From the NCBI GenBank assembly GCA_963669175.1, contig OY769902.1:2592001-2656000 (forward strand): DNA of 64,000 nucleotides. Direction: 5' to 3'. The DNA comes from a bacterium (GTDB taxonomy: Bacteria > Electryoneota > Electryoneia > Electryoneales > Electryoneaceae). Numbering within the stretch: position 1 is the stretch's first letter; every line of letters starts with the position of its first letter. Positions 1 to 9,620 of this stretch are shown here, piece after piece. The notes under the pieces were generated by a model. That model saw only the letters and a list, made by a program, of their open reading frames with translations, was not told where the DNA came from and did no database searches. The position numbers and the translations under genes were made by a program.

Positions 1-1019
1 TGAACCCGTTTGAAGCGATCTGGTGGGCGTTGGTTACGATGACCACGGTCGGTTATGGTGACATCTCGCCGCACCTGGTACCGGGCAAGATCGCGGCGAT
101 GGTTATCATCCTGTTGGGTGTCGCCTCATTTGCCATGTTTACGGCCACCATATCTTCGGTCTTTGTAGCTCGCAGAATCCGGGAGGGAGAAGGTTTGTCG
201 GACATCTTTTATACCGATCACCTGGTCATCGCGGGATGGCATCCTGAAGGTGACAGCCTGCTGCAGGCGCTGGACACCCTTTCTGAAGGGAAAACACGTA
301 TCGCATTCATCAATGACTTGTCGGGCGCACTGGTTGAGACCCTGCTGGAACGATACAAGGATCTGAAACCCAAGTACGTACGCGGCGATTATGGCAAGGA
401 ATCTGTACTGAAGCGCGCCAATGTAGGCAAAGCGCGTGCTGTCATTGTCCTACCCGCCGAAAATGAGAATATGACCGCTCAACAAATGGATCAGCATACC
501 ATCCTGACCGCCCTGACGATCAAGTCGATCAATCCCAAGGTAAAAGTCATTGCCCATGCGCTGATGCATGAATCTGTCCCGCACCTGCAGCGTAGCGGGG
601 TGGACAAGGTGGTTTTGCGTGATGCGTATGTTGGCTACCTGCTGGCCTGTCATGCCCTGGTGCCGGGAGTACCGGAAGTACTGGACAACCTCTTGGCGCA
701 TGACAAGGGCAACCTGATTGACCGGATTCCAATTCCCCAGAAATTCGTGGGGCAGACAGTGTTGCAGGTGTCCGAGTGGGTCAAACGTGAGGTTAAGGGC
801 ATCCTGATCGGGCTGGTGGTAGAGGAAAAGGTTATCGACGTGGATGATATCCTCTCTGATGACCTGTCATCCATTGATGCGTTTATCAAACGGAAGTTCG
901 AGGAAGCGGGACGTAAAGCGGAAGAACTGGCAACCAAGAAAACCCAGATCAACCCACCGGAAGATCGTGTGATCAACGCCAATGAGATGGCGATTGTCAT
1001 ACGTGACGCTGGACGATAG
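1..1019 (+). CDS. Potassium channel with RCK (TrkA-N/TrkA-C) domains, MthK-like; 5' end lies outside the window
   Basis: Frame is open from base 3 (NPFEAIWWALVTMTTVGYGD). Pore helix and TVGYG selectivity filter, an inner TM helix, then a Rossmann-like RCK domain (HLVIAGW...VRGD...LKRANV). Confidence 0.9.
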   Translation, partial: NPFEAIWWALVTMTTVGYGDISPHLVPGKIAAMVIILLGVASFAMFTATISSVFVARRIREGEGLSDIFYTDHLVIAGWHPEGDSLLQALDTLSEGKTRIAFINDLSGALVETLLERYKDLKPKYVRGDYGKESVLKRANVGKARAVIVLPAENENMTAQQMDQHTILTALTIKSINPKVKVIAHALMHESVPHLQRSGVDKVVLRDAYVGYLLACHALVPGVPEVLDNLLAHDKGNLIDRIPIPQKFVGQTVLQVSEWVKREVKGILIGLVVEEKVIDVDDILSDDLSSIDAFIKRKFEEAGRKAEELATKKTQINPPEDRVINANEMAIVIRDAGR

Positions 1020-1031
1020 GCGAGGCCGGGT

Positions 1032-1586
1032 ATGGCGAATTTCGGCAACAAGGGTGAGCGAAGTGAAGCGCAGGTCATGGACCTGGCATCCGTGTTGACC
1101 ACGTTCAACTTGTTCAAGGGGATGACTCTTGATCAGGTGAAACATGCTGCCAAAGTTCTGCGGATTGAATCGTATCCGGCCGGTACGGACATCTGGCAGG
1201 AGGGAGATACCGGGTCGGAAATCCTGCTTCTGCTGAAGGGGACTGTCGATATCACCCAGACCCTGACCTTGTTTACCTCGGATGAGGGGGTAGAATCACG
1301 AGATAAGTCGTTAATTTCATTGACAGAAGGCATGCGTCCGGTAATCGGCGAAATCGCCATGTGCGCCAATGTGCCACGTTCCGCGACGGTAACCGCCAAG
1401 ACTGATATACAAGTTGGCATTTTCAGCCCGGAAGATCTTGAAACCATCATTAAAAACGATGCAGCATTCGGCATGCATCTATTCCGTAATATTGCAACTG
1501 TACTGGCGCAACGGCTGGTGACTGCGAATCAGAACGTCTTAAAGCTGACCACAGCATTCAGCCTGGCTCTGCAACGTGGAGGGTAA
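1032..1586 (+). CDS. Stand-alone cyclic-nucleotide-binding domain protein
   Basis: CNBD motifs IWQEGD.G...LLLKG.V and an intact phosphate-binding cassette GEIAM...PRSATV; no C-terminal HTH visible. Confidence 0.85.
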   Translation: MANFGNKGERSEAQVMDLASVLTTFNLFKGMTLDQVKHAAKVLRIESYPAGTDIWQEGDTGSEILLLLKGTVDITQTLTLFTSDEGVESRDKSLISLTEGMRPVIGEIAMCANVPRSATVTAKTDIQVGIFSPEDLETIIKNDAAFGMHLFRNIATVLAQRLVTANQNVLKLTTAFSLALQRGG

Positions 1587-1594
1587 GCACTATC

Positions 1595-2119
1595 ATGAGT
1601 CACATTATCATCGAAATTAAGGCGAAGTGCAATGACCATGAACCCCTGAGAAAGAAGCTGATTCAGCACAACGCCCGCTTTGTCGGTGTTGATCATCAGA
1701 CGGATACGTATTTCAGGGTTCAGTCCGGTCGTTTGAAGCTTCGCGAAGGCAACATCGAGCATACCCTCATCCGCTATCACCGTCCCAACCAGGAAGGCCC
1801 GAAACAGAGCGACGTCACGCTCTATAAGCCGAAACCGGACCCCGCCTTAAAGCAGATCCTGGTGGATGTGCTAGGGGTGCTGGTAGTCGTGCGAAAAGTG
1901 CGGGAAATCTACTTTGTCGATAATGTGAAGATTCATCTTGACAACGTAGATCCGCTTGGGTCTTTTGCCGAGATCGAGGCTATCGATATGGATGGCGATA
2001 TCGGTAAAGAAAAGCTTCAGCAGCAATGCGAGTACTGGATGCAGACGTTTACTATTCAGCAGGAAGATCTGATTGATCGTTCCTACAGTGACATGCTGTT
2101 GGAGCAGACAGGATTGTAA
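1595..2119 (+). CDS. CYTH-domain protein (class IV adenylate cyclase / triphosphate tunnel metalloenzyme)
   Basis: N-terminal IEIKAK, Q.DTYF, RLKLRE, V.K.RE.Y, HLD.V..LG.F.EIE and C-terminal SY.DML. Confidence 0.85.
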   Translation: MSHIIIEIKAKCNDHEPLRKKLIQHNARFVGVDHQTDTYFRVQSGRLKLREGNIEHTLIRYHRPNQEGPKQSDVTLYKPKPDPALKQILVDVLGVLVVVRKVREIYFVDNVKIHLDNVDPLGSFAEIEAIDMDGDIGKEKLQQQCEYWMQTFTIQQEDLIDRSYSDMLLEQTGL

Positions 2120-2120
2120 T

Positions 2121-2837
2121 ATGAATGTTTTCATCGTCCATGCCCATCCGGAAGAGAAATCGTTTTGCAGCAGTCTGAAGGATACGGCTGTCAACACTTT
2201 GCGGGAAGCCGGGCATGAAGTGCAGACGACGGATCTGTACACCATGAACTTTAACCCGGTTTGTGGCCCGAATGATTTTCTGAATCGTAAGGACGAGCTT
2301 TACTTCAAGCCGCAGCTTGAGCAGATGCATGCCTTTCAGGGCGAAGGCAAGTTAGCCGCGGATATTCGTCATGAGCAGGAAAAACTGCTCTGGTGCGATA
2401 CGCTGATCCTGACCTTCCCGTTGTGGTGGTTCTCCTTCCCGGCGATCATGAAAGGCTGGGTTGATCGAGTTTTCACCATGGGGCAGGTTTACGGTGGCGG
2501 GAAATGGTATGATAAGGGTGGATTGGCCCCACGCAAAGCCATGCTGGCCTTAACAACCGGGGGAGGAGAAGCCGGGTATACACGTTATGGTGTGAACGGT
2601 GATATTTACGACCTGTTGTTCCCGATTCATCACGGTATCCTGTATTTCGCCGGGATGACCCCACTGCCGCCCTTTGTCGCGTATTCTTCCGCGCATGTAG
2701 ATGATACGATCCGGCAGAAATATGTGGAAGAATTCCAGCATCGCCTTCTGACGCTCGAAGATACGGAACCGTTGCCGTTTCATCCCCTGGATCACTATGG
2801 GGAGGGGATGCAGTTGAAGGATGAATATCGGGCCTGA
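2121..2837 (+). CDS. Flavodoxin-fold NAD(P)H:quinone oxidoreductase (NQO/KefF/MdaB family)
   Basis: AHPEEKSF, DLY, FPLWWFSFPAIMKGWVDRVF and TTGG motifs. The ATG at 2121 sits 1 bp after the CYTH stop, so the track start at 2073 is an over-extension. Confidence 0.9.
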   Translation: MNVFIVHAHPEEKSFCSSLKDTAVNTLREAGHEVQTTDLYTMNFNPVCGPNDFLNRKDELYFKPQLEQMHAFQGEGKLAADIRHEQEKLLWCDTLILTFPLWWFSFPAIMKGWVDRVFTMGQVYGGGKWYDKGGLAPRKAMLALTTGGGEAGYTRYGVNGDIYDLLFPIHHGILYFAGMTPLPPFVAYSSAHVDDTIRQKYVEEFQHRLLTLEDTEPLPFHPLDHYGEGMQLKDEYRA

Positions 2838-2993
2838 TCGTAGACGCGATAAAGGCTCCAACCCATCATTATAGAAGACGTTAACCTTTGAAGCAACCGA
2901 AATGACCAGTTACCTTTCACGAGGCAATGGTATGATCAGTGTACTATTTTCGGGTACATGCAGCATTATGCCTCTTGGAAAGCCGTTCAGGAT

Positions 2994-3022
2994 TTGTATA
3001 TCCCGGAATGAGACATTATCTT
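2994..3022 (+). promoter_or_regulatory. Putative sigma70 promoter of tRNA-Lys
   Basis: TTGTAT-17 bp-TATCTT, 24 bp upstream of the tRNA. Confidence 0.5.
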
Positions 3023-3046
3023 CTTTGTCTTTCCGCATAGCCGGAG

Positions 3047-3119
3047 GAGGGTGTAGCTCAGCTGGTAGAGCAGAGGCCTTTTAAGCCTAAGGTCCTGGGT
3101 TCGAGTCCCAGCACCCTCA
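3047..3119 (+). tRNA. tRNA-Lys (anticodon UUU); CCA not encoded
   Basis: Acceptor stem GAGGGTG/CACCCTC, D-arm AGCTCAGCTGGTAGAGC, anticodon loop CTTTTAA, T-loop TTCGAGT. Confidence 0.95.
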
Positions 3120-3122
3120 CAA

Positions 3123-3164
3123 GAGAATCCCGCTGCATAGCAATGTGGCGGGATTCTCGTTTTT
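3123..3164 (+). terminator. Intrinsic terminator after tRNA-Lys
   Basis: GAGAATCCCGC...GCGGGATTCTC stem followed by GTTTTT. Confidence 0.75.
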
Positions 3165-3259
3165 GTAAATGAGGGTTCCCAATAAATACTGTAGTTGCGT
3201 GTCAATACCAATATTGCGACATTCTAAACCACAATACATCCCCAAAACAGGGTCGCCCT

Positions 3260-5329
3260 ATGCCGTATAAGCATGATTCCAGCCTCACACTTTTTTTCTT
3301 CGTATTGGTCATCCTGCTTTACTGTGTGACTGCACCGTCTGCGTTTGCTCAGACTACTATACCGACAGTAGAAAATTACTGTGCTGTTGTTGATTCAAGA
3401 ATAATGGACTCATCAACAGCACCGGGTGAAGATTTTTACGAATACGCTTGCGGTTCCTGGCTGAAGCATACCGTTCTGCCGGAAGGCATGCAAAGTTACG
3501 GCTACTATGACCTGTCTGATCAAACCAACGAATTCAGATTGCAGCAATTATGTACAGGCCATTTGACTATGGAAAATGAGGCAGATCTTGTTGAATCACT
3601 CAATAACTTCAGCGTTTCCGCATTTGCTGCCGGTGATTCAGATGCGATGCGAAGCCGCCAGCAGGAATTGGTCCGGAGTCTTACAGAAGCAGAATCAATG
3701 GATCAACTTCAGGAAGCCATTGCTGAGCTTCACTGTGAAGGCATTGATGTTCTGTTTTCGTTATATTCTCCGCTCCCCTGGGAAACACTGCCCGGCAATC
3801 CCTTGCACTTTCGCCAGGCTACTCCAGGTTTTATCTCGCGAAAAAACTACCCTGTAGCGCAACACATCGATGAGAAGTCTGAATACCTGCTTCAGGAATC
3901 TGCGGTGTCCCTTCTTCATATGGCAGGCTATCCTGTTGATAAAGCTGAAGCGCTTGCCATGACAGTGCTTGCAATTGACGAGAGGCTGGCGTTTGCGAGT
4001 ATGACATCCGCTGAAGCGTGGATTACCGCGAATACGCTGCACCTCATGTCTGCAGACGAATTGGCGGAGCTTCTGCAGGGATGGGACTGGGAACAGTATT
4101 TCGATAAGCTTGGGCTTGAGAATGTCGAACGTATAAATGTCGGACAACCTGAATATTTCAAAGAGTTGCAGCAGGTTCTCGAAACGAGCTCATTGGAAGA
4201 ACTGAAAGCGTATTCGGCCTGGTACCTTCTGCAATCATTTGCGAAATACACGTTTCTGCCTGAAACAGCGGCTTGGAATCATTTGTTGACCAGTATGTCA
4301 GTTTTATCACGATCTACTCAACCGGATACAAGGTTTGCTTCATTTGTTGCCGAGCGGGAGATACCGGAAATCCTGGGGCAGGTATATCTGGCAGAATGGT
4401 TTCCAGCTGATCTGGAAAAAGATGTCAACGTGATCATTGAAAACCTGAGAACGGCTTTTATAACCAGGCTTGAGTCCAGTAGTGTTTTTCGTGGTTCGGC
4501 AAGACGTCGCGCTATCAGGAAAATTCAGGCGTTGCAGTTTGTGGTAGGCGGGCCACTTTGCCCGGATTATTTCACTTCTCTTGGATTTGACTCGGATCAG
4601 TTCCTGCTAAATATACTGAAGGCGCGAAGCGTACGCAGGAAACATCTTCTTGCATCGATCGGTACAAATCCGGAGCCGAACCGTTGGTGGGTTGATTCTT
4701 ATTCTACCAACGCCTGGTACAGCAATGCTCAAGTGAAAATCACATTACCGGCCGGTGCGGTTCTCCAGCTATACAATCCTGATGCTGATCGGGCGACACA
4801 ATATGGCATGCTGGGCGCTACCATAGCTCATGAAATGACACATGCACTTGATTCAGACGGGCGCAAGTATGGTGTGGACGGCAGGCCTGTAGGGGTATGG
4901 GCACGCATGAAAGAGTGGCGCTCCACAAAGAGGTTTCAACATGAAGCCGAAAAACTGGTATCGTTCTATTCGAAATATTCAGTTCTGGATTCTGTTGCTT
5001 TGGACGGTGAGAGGATGCTGGCCGAGAACCTGGCTGATCTTGGAGGCGTGAATATCGCTCTCGATGGTCTCCGCATTCACCTGGCAAACGATGGCATCGA
5101 AGACATCCCGCCGGAAACACTGCAACGATTTTTCCTGGCTTATGCGCAGAAATGGCGCGAGATATTCACCGATGAAGCGTTACATACTCGCGCCCGTGGA
5201 TGGCACGCACCGCCACGATACCGAACAAACCTGGTCCTTATGAACTGTACTTCGTTTTATAACGCCTTTCAGATTCAACCAGGACAGGCGATGTATCTTC
5301 CACCGGAAAAGCGAGTTGTTATCTGGTAG
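3260..5329 (+). CDS. Secreted M13-family (neprilysin/PepO-like) zinc metallopeptidase
   Basis: Signal peptide (..SAFA|Q), PGEDFYEYACG.W, NAWY, HEMTH (HExxH), ENLAD third zinc ligand and terminal RVVIW. Confidence 0.92.
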   Translation: MPYKHDSSLTLFFFVLVILLYCVTAPSAFAQTTIPTVENYCAVVDSRIMDSSTAPGEDFYEYACGSWLKHTVLPEGMQSYGYYDLSDQTNEFRLQQLCTGHLTMENEADLVESLNNFSVSAFAAGDSDAMRSRQQELVRSLTEAESMDQLQEAIAELHCEGIDVLFSLYSPLPWETLPGNPLHFRQATPGFISRKNYPVAQHIDEKSEYLLQESAVSLLHMAGYPVDKAEALAMTVLAIDERLAFASMTSAEAWITANTLHLMSADELAELLQGWDWEQYFDKLGLENVERINVGQPEYFKELQQVLETSSLEELKAYSAWYLLQSFAKYTFLPETAAWNHLLTSMSVLSRSTQPDTRFASFVAEREIPEILGQVYLAEWFPADLEKDVNVIIENLRTAFITRLESSSVFRGSARRRAIRKIQALQFVVGGPLCPDYFTSLGFDSDQFLLNILKARSVRRKHLLASIGTNPEPNRWWVDSYSTNAWYSNAQVKITLPAGAVLQLYNPDADRATQYGMLGATIAHEMTHALDSDGRKYGVDGRPVGVWARMKEWRSTKRFQHEAEKLVSFYSKYSVLDSVALDGERMLAENLADLGGVNIALDGLRIHLANDGIEDIPPETLQRFFLAYAQKWREIFTDEALHTRARGWHAPPRYRTNLVLMNCTSFYNAFQIQPGQAMYLPPEKRVVIW

Positions 5330-5371
5330 GCATGCCTGTAGTTAGGGGATGAGAAGATGTTGCTCTGCTGA

Positions 5372-6637
5372 TCAGATACCTTCATGAAACCGTTTGTATT
5401 CTGTCAATGCCTGTTCTTGCGCCTGTGACCGGACAGCATTCAGGTCTTCCAGGTGATCCCCGGCCAACTCTACGAAAGACCCATCCAGGCCGCCATCCGT
5501 GACCATTTTCCGCATGATACCCAGGGCTGCCTGGGGTGCCATACCTTTCCGGTAGGGACGATTTTCGGTGAGAGCGGTGAAGAAATCCGCTACGGCCATC
5601 AAACGGCTTTCAGCGCAGAGCTGTTCCGGAGGGAGGTGGAAGGGATAGCCGTTGCCGTCGATACGTTCGTGGTGATACGCCGCCCATTTACTGATGTCTT
5701 CGAAGCCCTCAATTCGTTCCAGGGCGCGCAAGGTATAATAGGTATGTGTCCTCATAATCCGTTTCTGGTCATCATTCAGGTCACCGGGTTTTTCCAGGAT
5801 TGAATCCGGGATCGTCATTTTTCCAAGGTCATGCAGGTAGCCCGCCATACGCAGCAACGCACAATGTTCAGCGTCATACCCGTTATATGCGGCCAGTGCA
5901 TCAGCCACCGCCGCCACACCGGAGGAGTGAGTCGCAGTGAATCGGCTCTGGAAGTCGATCACAAAGGACAACATCCGTGTCAGGCTGGTCATGGTTTCAA
6001 GGTCGTTGGGGATATCGATGGATTTGACCTGTCGCTTGAGAATATCCTCCAGACGATTCGAACGAAGATCCAGCCAGAAACTTTCCTGTTTTGCCACAAT
6101 TCGAAAAGCATCGACATGAAGCGGGATAAACCATTTTCCTGCATGGATGGCTATTTCATTGCAGATGCGATCAACCTGATCGAGGATGGGCTGGTTGCGT
6201 TCAATCAACACCTCGATCCGGTCTGCAAGGTGAAGCAGAAACGCCTCTTCCGGAACCTGTTGTCCCTGAAAACGAGCGCCATGACCATTGGCCCAACGGA
6301 CATGGTGGTAACGAACAATCTCTGCGACTTGAGCAAACGGTTCAAACCTGCTAAGCAGACGATATCCCAATTCACAATGCTGGAACGGGTTTTCGATCTC
6401 AAAGGCAAGTGTGTCCAGTTTGTCACGTACTGTTAGAGCGCCAATATCATGTAACGCCGCTGCGATAATCGCAGTATGCAGGGAAGGAGCATCGTGATGT
6501 AATGCAGATCCGATGCGGCTGGCTATATAGGCGACCCGCAGATGATGATTGGCCACACTGGTGCTGACCAGGTCTACCGTGGAAGCCAGGCCCAGCACGA
6601 GGTCAAGCGGATTAAAACGTGTTGTGATGCCGTTCAT
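5372..6637 (-). CDS. Tandem HD / HD-GYP domain cyclic dinucleotide phosphodiesterase
   Basis: First domain LHDIG..YHH has no GYP; second domain has LHDLGK...HHERIDGNGYP...RPYR. Confidence 0.88.
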   Translation of the reverse strand: MNGITTRFNPLDLVLGLASTVDLVSTSVANHHLRVAYIASRIGSALHHDAPSLHTAIIAAALHDIGALTVRDKLDTLAFEIENPFQHCELGYRLLSRFEPFAQVAEIVRYHHVRWANGHGARFQGQQVPEEAFLLHLADRIEVLIERNQPILDQVDRICNEIAIHAGKWFIPLHVDAFRIVAKQESFWLDLRSNRLEDILKRQVKSIDIPNDLETMTSLTRMLSFVIDFQSRFTATHSSGVAAVADALAAYNGYDAEHCALLRMAGYLHDLGKMTIPDSILEKPGDLNDDQKRIMRTHTYYTLRALERIEGFEDISKWAAYHHERIDGNGYPFHLPPEQLCAESRLMAVADFFTALTENRPYRKGMAPQAALGIMRKMVTDGGLDGSFVELAGDHLEDLNAVRSQAQEQALTEYKRFHEGI

Positions 6638-6653
6638 CTATCTCCCTTGAAGC

Positions 6654-7856
6654 CTACTCACTGGTCATAATAAAGAGCGGCTGCATTTCAAAGCTCTTGT
6701 ACAGGGGACGCAACCTTTCCGTGTTATAGTGCTTCTTCACATTGACCACCTTCTTGATGGATGTGACCACATCGATGGGCATGTTGTCATAGCGGCCGTT
6801 TTTGAGGACGACCAGCCTTCCATGCACACGGTTCAGGATAAGGTCCAGCGCCAGATTGCCATAGGCCATCGGGACTACGGAATCGATAGCGTCCGGATCG
6901 CCGCCACGTACCAGGTATCCCAGCTTCTGGTTGATGATATTGATGGTCTTACCATTGTTGTATTTCGGTGACAGTTCTTTCAATTTTGCTGATACAAGAT
7001 CGCCGATACCGCCGAGTTTCTTATGGCCATACGCATCGGTTGTCTGCTCCTCGAACACCATTTCGCCGCCGCTGAACATGGCGCCTTCAGACACCAGCAC
7101 CATGGCGTATTTGCTGGGATTTCGGTTACGATCATAGGTCAGCAGCTCGGCAAGCTGGTCAATATCGAACTGGTATTCCGGGATGACGCAACGGTTGGCT
7201 GCTCCGGCCATTGTCGGAAGCATGGCAGTATACCCGGCATAGCGTCCGAAAACCTCCAGCACAGCGAATCTTTCATGAGAACCTGCCGAGGTTCGCAGGG
7301 TATTGGTCAGCATAATCGTACGGGTGACACAGGTGGAGAAACCGATGCAGTAATCCGTGCCCGGGACATCGTTGTCCATGGTTTTGGGAATAGCAACGAC
7401 TTTCAGCCCTTCCTGGTACAAGCGTACACCATAACTCAGGGTATCATCACCGCCGATGGGGATCAGGTAATCGACTCCCAGGAATTCAAGGTTCTTGATG
7501 ATTTCCGGCGTCAGGTCATTGATATCATTGGCATAGGAGTCCTTCAGATACTCGGGTACGCTGGATTTCGGGACAGCACTGGGGCGAGTGCGGGAGGTGT
7601 GCAGGAAAGTACCGCCGGTTCGGCCTGCCTTGTTTACAATCTCTTCGGTCAGTTCAAGGTAATTTGCGCTGTTGTCTGCCTTTTTGTCACGTTGCAGCTC
7701 CATGATGCCTGCCCAGCCGCGTCGCAACCCGATAACCTTGTAACCTTCACGTAAAGCTCGAATGGTGACGGCACGGATCGCGGGATTCAGGCCGGGAACA
7801 TCACCGCCGCCGGTTAATATCGCAATCACACCCTTGGTTTTGTTGATGTTTGCCAT
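6654..7856 (-). CDS. pfkA: 6-phosphofructokinase, PfkA superfamily, with PPi-type signature
   Basis: TGGGDVPGLN, GGTFLHTSR, GGDDT, PKTMDND, EVFGR and LGYLVRGG motifs. Confidence 0.9.
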   Translation of the reverse strand: MANINKTKGVIAILTGGGDVPGLNPAIRAVTIRALREGYKVIGLRRGWAGIMELQRDKKADNSANYLELTEEIVNKAGRTGGTFLHTSRTRPSAVPKSSVPEYLKDSYANDINDLTPEIIKNLEFLGVDYLIPIGGDDTLSYGVRLYQEGLKVVAIPKTMDNDVPGTDYCIGFSTCVTRTIMLTNTLRTSAGSHERFAVLEVFGRYAGYTAMLPTMAGAANRCVIPEYQFDIDQLAELLTYDRNRNPSKYAMVLVSEGAMFSGGEMVFEEQTTDAYGHKKLGGIGDLVSAKLKELSPKYNNGKTINIINQKLGYLVRGGDPDAIDSVVPMAYGNLALDLILNRVHGRLVVLKNGRYDNMPIDVVTSIKKVVNVKKHYNTERLRPLYKSFEMQPLFIMTSE

Positions 7857-8067
7857 GGAGTCCTCCGCATAGTTGTCCTATCAAATTATACGCTTAAACC
7901 GGTCCGGTTTGTTTCAACCGTATCGAGAAATATGGAAAACCTGAGGAAGGGCAGGAGGGAAGACTAAAGGTTTGTCAGTTTGGCATCCTGCTGTATTTAC
8001 AGTATCTTGAGAATGATAACTGTTGGTTGAAACTTCAGGTTGATACAACCTGATCAGGAGGGTGGGG

Positions 8068-9339
8068 ATGCGTGGGTCATATTCCAGGTTTGTCTTTCTT
8101 GTAAGTGTTGCCATACTAAGTGGATTGCTGTATTTCGGGTGTGCCGAATTTGAGGACGATATAATCGCAAGTAATGATCCCGCGACGCTGGGTGATTCGC
8201 TGCAACAATTGCTGGATGAACGAGTGCAGGAGATGCAGATTCCCGGATCCATACTTCGTGTCGAAACACCTTCGGGCGAAGTATGGACGGTTACTTCCGG
8301 GATACAGCAGGCTTCAACGCTTGAGAATGTGGAGGCTGACGGCTGGACTGGGACACCTATCGCCACGGACCAGCTTTATACCCGTATCGGAAGCCTGACC
8401 AAGTCTTTCACTGCCACGCTGGTTTGTATGCTGGTGGATGAGGGACTGGTATCGCTGGACAGTACAGTAGCATACTATCTGTCGGGATTTCAGCCTGAGA
8501 TACCGAATGCGGACATCATCACGGTGCGTCAACTGCTGAACATGACGGCTGGACTGACCAACTATACGGATGTGGAAGCCTTCTATATGAATTTACCACC
8601 GCCGTATTACACCCCGGCAGAATTGGTCGAAATGTGTCTTGATGGTGGTGGCACCGATTTCGAACCGGGAGAAGGGTGGACCTACAGCAATACCAATTAT
8701 GTTGTGGCCGGGTTGATCGCAGAAGCGGTTACGGGCGATGAATACTATGAGCTGGTCGAAAACATGATTATGCGGCCGTTGGGTATGATACAGTCCAGTA
8801 TGCCCGCACCACAGGATAATTTTCTGCCTGGACCATACTGGCACGGTTATTCCTGGGATATGCCGGATGGCAGCCTGTACGACTGGACCTACCAGGACCC
8901 GTCATGGGCGTGGAGCGCCGGGATGGCCGTTTCGACGGTACATGATATTGCGATCTGGATTCAAGCGGTGCATCGTGGCACTTTGCTGAGCCCGGAAATG
9001 CACGGTGAAATGTATTCGTGGGTGGATCTGGGAGTGCCGACGGTGGGGTATGGATTGGGCATTTCACGCTTCATGACTGATTCCGGTTACTTCATGTATG
9101 GGCATAACGGTAGCATGCCCGGCTATGAAACTGCGGCGTATGTGATTGAAGGGTATACCATTACCGTGATTAACAACGGTCGTCCCAAAGCGGAATGGGG
9201 ATTCGCGCACTCCGGGGATGAGATTGTGCTCTCAGTTATTGACTTACTCTTTAGTGAAACGTCTTCAACAATTGCCTCACAGGGAAAGATGGACACACAG
9301 GATAATAGGATGATAGGATGGGAAAGGATGTGTAAGTAA
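8068..9339 (+). CDS. Serine hydrolase, beta-lactamase class C / D-Ala-D-Ala carboxypeptidase family; probable lipoprotein
   Basis: SLTK (SxxK), YSN and GHNG motifs; lipobox-like LYFGC; AGGAGG lies 6 bp before ATG 8068. Confidence 0.85.
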   Translation: MRGSYSRFVFLVSVAILSGLLYFGCAEFEDDIIASNDPATLGDSLQQLLDERVQEMQIPGSILRVETPSGEVWTVTSGIQQASTLENVEADGWTGTPIATDQLYTRIGSLTKSFTATLVCMLVDEGLVSLDSTVAYYLSGFQPEIPNADIITVRQLLNMTAGLTNYTDVEAFYMNLPPPYYTPAELVEMCLDGGGTDFEPGEGWTYSNTNYVVAGLIAEAVTGDEYYELVENMIMRPLGMIQSSMPAPQDNFLPGPYWHGYSWDMPDGSLYDWTYQDPSWAWSAGMAVSTVHDIAIWIQAVHRGTLLSPEMHGEMYSWVDLGVPTVGYGLGISRFMTDSGYFMYGHNGSMPGYETAAYVIEGYTITVINNGRPKAEWGFAHSGDEIVLSVIDLLFSETSSTIASQGKMDTQDNRMIGWERMCK

Positions 9340-9365
9340 TTAGGAATTAGAGATTAGGAATTAGG
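9338..9365. repeat. Short tandem heptamer repeat (AATTAGG)x4, degenerate
   Basis: AATTAGG AATTAGA GATTAGG AATTAGG immediately after the stop codon. Confidence 0.6.
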
Positions 9366-9389
9366 AAATGTGGAGTTAGTGAAGGAAAA

Positions 9390-9620
9390 TGGGGACTGCC
9401 ACGCTTTTCGCTTGCGGATAGGGCAGAATCCTAAACCATATTTGATTTGAACATATAAGAAACCTTTTCGTGAAAATATATTGCAAAAAGGTGGCTGTCA
9501 CAGCATTTTCCCTGCTTGAACTGACCTATTGCAGAAGGCGAAAAATCTGGTACAGTTACCTTTTCATTAATTCTGATTAGATTATTCTATTATTTGAATC
9601 ATGAAAAGGTAACTGTAGCA
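9390..9620. repeat. Two pairs of spaced inverted repeats, REP-like
   Basis: GGGGACTGCCACGCTTTT...AAAAGGTGGCTGTCAC, and a perfect 17-bp pair TACAGTTACCTTTTCAT...ATGAAAAGGTAACTGTA. Confidence 0.55.

Noticed and set aside
3047-5329. tRNA-anchored genomic island (also considered at tRNA-Phe)
   Set aside because: No integrase, and I saw no duplicated tRNA 3' end (att site) in the window.
8068-9339. Antibiotic-resistance beta-lactamase
   Set aside because: SxxK/YxN/HxG motifs are shared by many peptidases and esterases; nothing indicates true AmpC activity. The same applies to the MBL-fold domain at 29349-30130.
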